Position numbers and translations under genes: made by a program
The notes under the pieces: generated by a model
Seen by the model: the letters and a program-made list of their open reading frames with translations, nothing else
Database searches by the model: none
Told to the model about the DNA's origin: nothing
Shown: positions 57,193 through 64,000 of the stretch, in pieces
Position numbering within the stretch: position 1 is the first letter of the stretch
Layout of the letters: the number at the start of each line of letters is the position of its first letter
Source of the DNA: Ferrovibrio sp.
GTDB lineage: Bacteria > Pseudomonadota > Alphaproteobacteria > Ferrovibrionales > Ferrovibrionaceae
Direction: 5' to 3'
Assembly (NCBI RefSeq): GCF_029255545.1
Contig: NZ_JANLJJ010000017.1
Span: 8,488 to 72,487 of the forward strand
DNA length: 64,000 nt

Positions 57193-58173
57193 TCAGCCAT
57201 AGGCGCGTCGCGGGCCCGAGGTCCCGGTGTGGCCGCTCAGTCCGGCATGATCAAGGTACCAACGGTAGGTCTGCCGCAGGCCGGTTTCGAGGCTGGTCGA
57301 GGCCTGCCAGCCCAGGGTTCGAAGCGCGTTGCCATCCACCACCTTGCGCGGCGTCCCATCGGGTTTGGTGATGTCAAAAGCGATCCGTCCGGAATAGCCG
57401 GTGATGTGACAGATCATGCGGGCGAGGTCGCCGATGGAAATTTCCTCGCCGGAACCAAGGTTGAGGGGCGTTTCCCCGGAATAATGCTGCATGGCGAAGA
57501 CGATGCCGTCAGCGGCATCGTCAACATGCAGGAACTCGCGCAAAGGTGTGCCGGAGCCCCAGACCGACAGGCTCACCGCTCCGGTGACACGGGCCTGATG
57601 CGCTTTGGCGATCAACGCAGGAACCACGTGGCTCTGCTGCAGGTCGAAATTGTCGCCGGGGCCATACAGGTTGGTCGGCATCAAGGAGATGAAGTCGCAG
57701 CCATATTGCCGTCGATACGCCTGGCAGAGTTTCAGCCCGGCAATCTTGGCGATGGCATACCATTCATTGGTCGGCTCGAGGGCGCCGGTCAGCAGGGCGG
57801 AAGCCGGAATCGGCTGCGGCGACAGGCGTGGATAGATGCAGGACGAGCCGAGAAACAGCAGCTTTTCCACGCCATAGCGGCGCGCGGCCTCGATCACATT
57901 CGCTTCGATCATCAGGTTATCGTACAGGAACGTAGCGGGCTGCGTGTCGTTGGCATGGATGCCGCCGACCTTGGCCGCAGCGACGAATACTGCCTCTGGG
58001 CGCACATTCTTCATCCACAGGTCGACCTGGTCGGGCGAGCGCAGATCAAGGCTGTCGCGCCCGGCGGTGAGGATTTCACAATCTTCCCGCGCCAGGCGGC
58101 GGACCAATGCCGATCCGACCAGACCGCGATGGCCGGCAACCCAAACGCGCCGGCCGGATAAGGGAAAAAGCAT
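57193..58173 (-). CDS. fcl: GDP-L-fucose synthase
   Basis: AGHRGLVGSA, AAAKVGGI.AN, LGSSCIYP, YAIAKIAG, PTNLYGP.DNF, WGSG.P.REF. Confidence 0.95.
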   Translation of the reverse strand: MLFPLSGRRVWVAGHRGLVGSALVRRLAREDCEILTAGRDSLDLRSPDQVDLWMKNVRPEAVFVAAAKVGGIHANDTQPATFLYDNLMIEANVIEAARRYGVEKLLFLGSSCIYPRLSPQPIPASALLTGALEPTNEWYAIAKIAGLKLCQAYRRQYGCDFISLMPTNLYGPGDNFDLQQSHVVPALIAKAHQARVTGAVSLSVWGSGTPLREFLHVDDAADGIVFAMQHYSGETPLNLGSGEEISIGDLARMICHITGYSGRIAFDITKPDGTPRKVVDGNALRTLGWQASTSLETGLRQTYRWYLDHAGLSGHTGTSGPRRAYG

Positions 58174-58177
58174 AGTT

Positions 58178-59251
58178 TCAGACATGGCTGTATGCATTGC
58201 GGAACTGTTCCTGGTTGAGCATGACGCGATCGGCTTCCACCATTTCTGCAACGAGCTTTTCGAAGCTCGTCTGATGCTGCCAGCCGAGTTCGCGCTGGGC
58301 CTTGGTCGGGTCGCCGAGCAGGAAGTCGACTTCGGTGGGCCGGTAATAGGTAGGGTCGACGGCCACGAGAATATCGCCGGAGCGATCGCAATAGCCTTTT
58401 TCCTTGATGCCCTTGCCATCCCAGACGATTCTGCGATCGATGTTGCGAAACGCCAATTCGACGAATTCGCGTACCGAATGTACCTCGCCGGTGGCCAGTA
58501 CATAATCATCTGGCGTATCGTGCTGCAGGATACGCCACATGCCTTCGACATAGTCGCGGGCATGGCCCCAGTCGCGCTTGGCATCGATGTTGCCAAGATA
58601 GAGGCATTTCTGCAGGCCCTGCTCGATGGCGGCGACGGCGCGGCTGATCTTGCGAGTTACGAAGGTTTCGCCGCGGATCGGGCTTTCGTGGTTGAAGAGG
58701 ATTCCGTTCGAGGCATGCATGCCATACGCCTCGCGGTAGTTAATGGTGATCCAGTAAGCATAGAGTTTCGCGGCTGCATAAGGGCTGCGCGGATAGAACG
58801 GTGTTGTCTCGCGTTGAGGAGTCTCCATCACCTTGCCAAACAATTCGGACGTGGAAGCCTGGTAGAAGCGAACGCGTTCCTTCATGCGCAGGATGCGGAT
58901 GGCTTCCAACAGGCGCAGGGTGCCGAGCGCGTCGGTGTTTGCAGTGTATTCCGGTGTCTCGAAGCTGACCTGCACATGGCTCTGTGCGGCGAGGTTATAG
59001 ATCTCGAGCGGTTGTACCTCGTCGATCAGGCGGATTAGCGACGTAGCGTCGGTCATATCGCCGTAGTGCAAAAAGTAGCGCACATCGGTTTCGTGCCGGT
59101 CGCGGTAGAGATGGTCTACGCGGCCGGTATTGATCGACGATGACCGCCGTTTGATGCCGTGCACGGTATATCCCCGGCTGAGCAGGAATTCCGCCAGATA
59201 GGCACCGTCCTGTCCGGTCGCGCCGGTGATCAAGGCTGCCTTTTCGGCCAT
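58178..59251 (-). CDS. gmd: GDP-mannose 4,6-dehydratase
   Basis: [50 protein letters not shown]. Confidence 0.97.
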   Translation of the reverse strand: MAEKAALITGATGQDGAYLAEFLLSRGYTVHGIKRRSSSINTGRVDHLYRDRHETDVRYFLHYGDMTDATSLIRLIDEVQPLEIYNLAAQSHVQVSFETPEYTANTDALGTLRLLEAIRILRMKERVRFYQASTSELFGKVMETPQRETTPFYPRSPYAAAKLYAYWITINYREAYGMHASNGILFNHESPIRGETFVTRKISRAVAAIEQGLQKCLYLGNIDAKRDWGHARDYVEGMWRILQHDTPDDYVLATGEVHSVREFVELAFRNIDRRIVWDGKGIKEKGYCDRSGDILVAVDPTYYRPTEVDFLLGDPTKAQRELGWQHQTSFEKLVAEMVEADRVMLNQEQFRNAYSHV

Positions 59252-59324
59252 TGCTCTATCCTTTTCCGTTTTGGGTCAGAAAGATGCCCGGCGCTCCGCC
59301 GGCAGGTGGAAATGGATTGCCGCA

Positions 59325-60536
59325 TCACAGGGTTGCCATGGCTTGCGCAACACGATCCCAGGAATAGGTCTGCAGCACATGGCGTTGACCGCTCAGGCCC
59401 ATCGCGGCAAGACGCAGCGGGTCGGCCAGTGCGTCTAGGATGGCGTCGGCCACGGCCGCGGGGCTTGCCTCGGTCACCAGGAAACCATGGCGGCCATCTT
59501 CCAGGATTTCGGGCAAACCATTGCGGTGCAGGCCGATCACCGGCGTACGCGACAGCAGGGCCTCAAGATAGACCTGCCCCCAGGGATCGTTCAGCATCGG
59601 CTGTACCAGTAGGGTCGACATCCGCAGCAGGCGCTGCAATTCGCGCCAGGGCAGATGATCGAATACCCTGATGCCCGGCAATGCCGGGATATGCGCACGA
59701 CTGCGTTTGTCGCCGACAACGGTCAGCGTCAGCTCCGGGCGCTGTTGTCGGGCCAACTGGAAAGCCTCGATCACCAGGCCACCTCCCTTGGTCATGAACA
59801 GGTGTTTGGCGATGAACAGCAGATCCGGGCGCGTGTAATCCTTGGCGCCGGCATACGGCTCGATCTGCCCCATGCCGGATCCAACCGCCGTCACCCGGTC
59901 TGGCGCCAAGCCGTAATGACTGATCATGTGTTCGCGCACATAGGCCCCAAAGGTGAAGACATGCTCGACATTCCCGAGCGCCTCGCGCTCCAGTCGGTCG
60001 AACTCCTCGATGGCGCCGGCACTATAAGCCTCGCGCTTCGGCCGATAGGGCAGCGACAATGCCCAGGTATGGTCGCAGTAGAGGTAATGCACCAATTCGC
60101 GACAGGGCTGTATCGGCAGATCCAGGGTGCCGGTATGCAGGAGATGGCGGATATGCCGCCGCCGGGCGATGGAGGCCAGTTGCTCGGCTGCGCGTTGCCG
60201 CGCGACGCGGATTCGCAGTAGGGCCTCGCCTGAGGGCGGCCGACCATAACCCTGCATCAGGTAATGCACGCCCAGCAGGGCGCGTTCGCCCCGGCTAAAG
60301 CCGGAATGAATCCCCTCAGCCGCGATGCCCAGCTTCTGTAAGCTGTGTATCACGTTATAGGGCGCGCCAGACCAGGTCCCGCGGTCGAGAGGGTCACCAA
60401 ATACGCTGCTGACGGCCAGCCGCTCGAAGCGTCGATGCCTAACTCCGGCGAGCGCGGACGTCTGCGGTTCCGGCAATTCGAAGCGGAGTGGAAATGCAGA
60501 CACGTCTGGCCTCTCGATCGCTGATTGTGAATGCAT
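59325..60536 (-). CDS. GT4 glycosyltransferase
   Basis: TKGG, DPWGQVYLEAL..TPVIG, GLPEI..DG.HG; start uncertain. Confidence 0.82.
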   Translation of the reverse strand: MHSQSAIERPDVSAFPLRFELPEPQTSALAGVRHRRFERLAVSSVFGDPLDRGTWSGAPYNVIHSLQKLGIAAEGIHSGFSRGERALLGVHYLMQGYGRPPSGEALLRIRVARQRAAEQLASIARRRHIRHLLHTGTLDLPIQPCRELVHYLYCDHTWALSLPYRPKREAYSAGAIEEFDRLEREALGNVEHVFTFGAYVREHMISHYGLAPDRVTAVGSGMGQIEPYAGAKDYTRPDLLFIAKHLFMTKGGGLVIEAFQLARQQRPELTLTVVGDKRSRAHIPALPGIRVFDHLPWRELQRLLRMSTLLVQPMLNDPWGQVYLEALLSRTPVIGLHRNGLPEILEDGRHGFLVTEASPAAVADAILDALADPLRLAAMGLSGQRHVLQTYSWDRVAQAMATL

Positions 60537-60700
60537 CGAACAGGAGCGCCGAGCCAATAGCCAGTGATCAACCTGTGACAGATGTTCCGGTGCCGTCGGC
60601 ACACTTTGATCACACCCATGTCTGGCGGACTGCCCTAGGGTTGGATTGCCGGGCAATCCTTTCATTGCCCGGGTGCCAATCTCAGGTCGTGGAGTCGTTA

Positions 60701-61903
60701 ATGCCGCCAGCTTCCGCATCCTCGCCAACGGCAATCGTATTCTTTTCGCCGGACGTCACCGATGTCAGCACAATCAAAAGGGCGCGAACCTTCCTCGATT
60801 ATGGTTATCGGCTGACAATGTTCAGCTTCCGCCGCCAGCGCTACAACCGCGGCTATCAGCCGGACTGGCCGTGCGTGATGCTGGGCCAGACAGAGGACGG
60901 GCGCTATGGCCAGCGGTTGCTGGCTTTGCTGAAAGCGCTTCCTCGCATCGCCAGATATCGCCGGCTACTGCAACAGGCAGAATTGTTTTATGCCCGCAAC
61001 GTCGATCAACTCCTGCTGGCGTTGGCGGCCCGATGGCTAGTGGGGCGGAATATCCGGATTGTTTACGAGGTCCTGGATATTCAGCCCATTCTGGTGGGCA
61101 GGCGCTGGCTGTCGCGGATTCTGCGTGGCGTGGAGCGATTCGGGCTACGCCGCATCGATCTGCTGGTGCTGTCGTCACCGGGGTTCTGGAATAACTACTT
61201 TTCCGCCTTGCAGGGTTGCCGGCAGCCATGGTTTCTCCTCGAAAACAAGCTGCCGCCCCAATTCGGTGCTCAGCCGCGTCGGTCGGCACAGTCGCCAACT
61301 GGTTTGCCATCCGGCAACTACCGTTGGACAGTCGGCTATTGCGGTCTGATCCGCGGGCAGGAAACCTTCAACCTGATCGTACGACTGGCCCAGCGTCTCA
61401 GAGGGATCGTGCTGTTCAAGTTTCACGGTCTGGTCACAACTGTCGATCGTGAGGGCTTTAACCGCGCGATCGCGCAGAATGAAAATATCGTTTACGAAGG
61501 GCCTTATGTCAGCCCGCGAAACCTTCCCGAGGTATACAGCGATCTTGATTTCGCATGGGCCATAGACTTGGAGAATACCGAGCACAATTCGCGCTGGTTG
61601 CTTCCTTGCCGGTATTACGAGGCCGGCTTTTTTGGCGTGCCCTGCCTGACGGCACGTGACTTCGAGGTCGGCCGACTGGTTGAACGGGACCAGAGCGGGT
61701 GGGGCTTCGATGCGCCCTACGAGGATGCATTGGTCGCCTTCTTCTGCAGCCTGCCGCCGGCGGCTCATGCCGAATGCCGGGCCAGACTGCTGGCCATGCC
61801 GAAAAGCAGCTTCGTGGCTGGCGAGGACGGGGTGCGCTTATGTCGAATCTTGGACCGGTCGGCCCGCTGGCAGGATGAAATAGACACAGCCTCTGCCGCA
61901 TAG
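60701..61903 (+). CDS. ExoL-like glycosyltransferase
   Basis: FFSPD..D....KR, ARNVDQL, YEVLDI, LVLSSPGF...YF, NS.WLLP.RYYE.G. Confidence 0.75.
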   Translation: MPPASASSPTAIVFFSPDVTDVSTIKRARTFLDYGYRLTMFSFRRQRYNRGYQPDWPCVMLGQTEDGRYGQRLLALLKALPRIARYRRLLQQAELFYARNVDQLLLALAARWLVGRNIRIVYEVLDIQPILVGRRWLSRILRGVERFGLRRIDLLVLSSPGFWNNYFSALQGCRQPWFLLENKLPPQFGAQPRRSAQSPTGLPSGNYRWTVGYCGLIRGQETFNLIVRLAQRLRGIVLFKFHGLVTTVDREGFNRAIAQNENIVYEGPYVSPRNLPEVYSDLDFAWAIDLENTEHNSRWLLPCRYYEAGFFGVPCLTARDFEVGRLVERDQSGWGFDAPYEDALVAFFCSLPPAAHAECRARLLAMPKSSFVAGEDGVRLCRILDRSARWQDEIDTASAA

Positions 61904-62485
61904 GCAAGTCGAAGTCAGGGGGATGGGGCAACTGTCTGCCAGTGATCGGGAGATTGACCCGGGCGAACAAGATGATTCAACCGGTTCATCACACGATAAG
62001 TCTAGTACAACCACATGAAGCTAGAATCTAAGGCCGTTTCTTAAACTGCCAATCACCCTGTACCTCAGAGGGCGAACCTGGATTTGTTGTGGTCTGGCAT
62101 GCTGCCGAGCAAGTTAAGTCCGGAAATGTTATGCAATAAATAAATGGGCCTGAACTGCTGAACCGCACAATTCGGCACCTCCCCAGTATGACAAGTAACA
62201 TCACCATATTCGTAATATTGCAAGGTTATTTCAAAATCTCTCGTGGAAAACCTCAAGATAACCTGCGAACGAATCGGAATCCGATGTTTCCGTTTCGAAA
62301 GAATTGAGTGCTGACGCCGTACGCGTGGGTGACTTCCGTGCTCTCGACCTCTTTCTCATTGGTCGGGTCAAAACACAAGCCGCGCCTGAGAGTTCATCTG
62401 CAGTTCACGCATGCGTCACCGCAGCGTCATTTGCGCTGCCTAGCGTCCCCCTCCATCGCGCTGTCCACTGCATCGGAGGGGAATC

Positions 62486-64000
62486 ATGCAGCTCCATCGT
62501 CGTAACTTCCTGATCGGCACCGGCGTCGCCGCCGGCAGCCTGGCGCTGCCGCGCTTTGCCATCGCGCAGGCGGATAACCGCCCCAGTATCACCATCGCGG
62601 TGCAGCAGATCTCCAACAGCGCCTCGCTGGAGCCGCTGCGTGAGCAGTCCAATGTCGGTGAGCGCACCTTCTCCTTCATCTATGAGGGCCTGATCCGCCG
62701 CGACCTGCTCAAGGGCATGGAACCGATTCCAGGCTTGGCCGAGAGCTGGAGCCGCATCAACGATCGCACGGTCGAATTGAAGCTGCGCAAGGGCGTGAAG
62801 TTCCACAACGGCGACGAAGTCAATGCCGACGACGTGGTCTTCACCTTCAGCCGCGAACGCATGTTCGGGCCCGATTACGACATCGGCAGCAGCAAGACGC
62901 TGTTCGCCAATGTGCTGATCCGTGACAGCATCGAGGGCAAGGCTCTGCCGCCGGAAGTGATGGCGGTGGCCAAGCGCGCCTGGCCGGCGCTGGAGAAAGT
63001 GGAAGCAGTGGACAAATACACCGTCCGTTTCGTCAACCGCACACCCGACGTCACCATGGAGGGCCGCATCGCCCGTTACGGCAGCGAGATCATCTCGCGT
63101 CGCGCCTTCGAGGAAGCCAAAACCTGGCTGGAATGGGCGCGCAAGCCGGTTTCCACCGGCCCCTACAAGGTGCGCGACTTCAAGCCCGACCAGGAACTGG
63201 TGCTGGATGCCCATGACGAATACTGGGGCGGCCGCCCGCCGGTGAAGAGCGTGCGCCTGGTCGTGGTGCCGGAAGTGGCCACCCGCATCAACGGCCTGTT
63301 CTCGGGCCAGTTCGACTATATCTGCGACATGCCGCCCGACCAGATTCCGGGCATCGAGAAGAACGCGAAATTCGAGGTGCAGGGCGGCCTTATCGCCAAC
63401 CATCGCCTGGTCGTGTTCGACAAGCATTATCCGGCGCTGAGGGATCCGCGCGTGCGTCAGGCGATGACCCATGCCATCGACCGCCAGGCCATCGTCGACA
63501 GCCTATGGGCGGGCCGCACCCGCATCCCGGCTGGCCTGCAATGGGAATTCTACGGCCCGATGTTCGTCGAGGGCTGGAGCGTGCCGGAATTCAATCCGCA
63601 GAAGGCCAAGGACCTGATCAAGGCTGCCGGCTACAAGGGTGAGGTGATCCCCTTCCGCGTGCTGAACAACTATTACACCAACCAGAATTCCACGGCGCAG
63701 GTGATGCTGGAAATGTGGCGCCAGGTCGGTCTGAACGTGCAGATCGAAATGAAGGAAAACTGGCAGCAGATTTTCGAAAACAACGGCAAGCGCGCCGTGC
63801 GTGACTGGTCGAACAGCGCGCCGTTCACCGATCCGATCTCGTCCATCGTGAACCAGCATGGTCCGCAGGGCCAGCAGCAGCAGGCCCAGGAATGGGAGAA
63901 CGACGAGATGAATCGTCTCTCCATCGCCATGGAAACCGAAAGCGACATGGTCAGGCGCAAGGCGATGTTCAAGCGCATGCTGGAAATCTGCGAACGCGAA
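62486..64000 (+). CDS. ABC transporter solute-binding protein, family 5 (Dpp/Opp-like); truncated by window end
   Basis: GGAGGG RBS; Tat-like RRNFL; PGLAESW, LRKGVKFHNG....ADDV.F, TGPYK, L.DPRVRQA..HAIDR; frame open to 64000. Confidence 0.92.
   Translation, partial: MQLHRRNFLIGTGVAAGSLALPRFAIAQADNRPSITIAVQQISNSASLEPLREQSNVGERTFSFIYEGLIRRDLLKGMEPIPGLAESWSRINDRTVELKLRKGVKFHNGDEVNADDVVFTFSRERMFGPDYDIGSSKTLFANVLIRDSIEGKALPPEVMAVAKRAWPALEKVEAVDKYTVRFVNRTPDVTMEGRIARYGSEIISRRAFEEAKTWLEWARKPVSTGPYKVRDFKPDQELVLDAHDEYWGGRPPVKSVRLVVVPEVATRINGLFSGQFDYICDMPPDQIPGIEKNAKFEVQGGLIANHRLVVFDKHYPALRDPRVRQAMTHAIDRQAIVDSLWAGRTRIPAGLQWEFYGPMFVEGWSVPEFNPQKAKDLIKAAGYKGEVIPFRVLNNYYTNQNSTAQVMLEMWRQVGLNVQIEMKENWQQIFENNGKRAVRDWSNSAPFTDPISSIVNQHGPQGQQQQAQEWENDEMNRLSIAMETESDMVRRKAMFKRMLEICERE

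Noticed and set aside
57229-59038. Long plus-strand ORFs (310 and 364 aa)
   Set aside because: Antisense shadows of fcl and gmd.
62065-62256. 63-aa AT-rich minus ORF
   Set aside because: TTG start, no RBS or motif; more likely promoter DNA.
62300-62480. TPP or cobalamin riboswitch (contains CTGAGA)
   Set aside because: The other conserved elements of these riboswitches are absent.
33456-62485. A further att copy making the nos and EPS blocks part of a larger island
   Set aside because: No additional copy of the tRNA 3' end found by eye, and no integrase or transposase in this span.
62405-63472. 355-aa minus-strand ORF
   Set aside because: Antisense shadow of the ABC solute-binding protein.
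1-64000. CRISPR array, rRNA or IS element
   Set aside because: No regularly spaced repeats, rRNA-like sequence or transposase motifs seen.

Overview
GC-rich alphaproteobacterial chromosome segment (Rhodospirillales-like by gene content; inference) with five blocks. (1) 1-8185: housekeeping genes: end of a thiolase, DUF3293, a SYLF protein, xseB-ispA-dxs-MATE-tlyA-RNA methyltransferase, and tRNA-Gln(CTG). (2) 8166-17321: a ~9.1 kb element integrated in the tRNA 3' end, bounded by a perfect 21-bp direct repeat. It carries a tyrosine integrase, a candidate HUH rolling-circle Rep with a predicted ~60-nt antisense (ctRNA-like) RNA, a serine recombinase, AT-rich cargo split by one in-frame TGA, and a translationally coupled four-gene operon of unknown function. 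(3) 17433-33455: an N2O-reduction/NO-response module: ric, two Crp/Fnr regulators including nnrR, a radical SAM gene, clade I nosRZDFYLX, a rubrerythrin-like gene, an NnrS-like/DUF2249/DUF59/DUF1858 group and pseudoazurin, with five TTG-N8-CAA boxes. (4) 33695-61903: a ~28 kb Wzx/Wzy exopolysaccharide locus with GDP-fucose genes, its own ChvI/ChvG-like two-component pair, a two-domain glycosyltransferase fusion and a Tat-exported beta-helix protein with a phage-tailspike-like C-terminus. (5) 62486-end: a partial family-5 ABC solute-binding protein. The best candidate for an undescribed system is the tRNA-Gln island. All assignments come from motif recognition by eye; no database searches were run.
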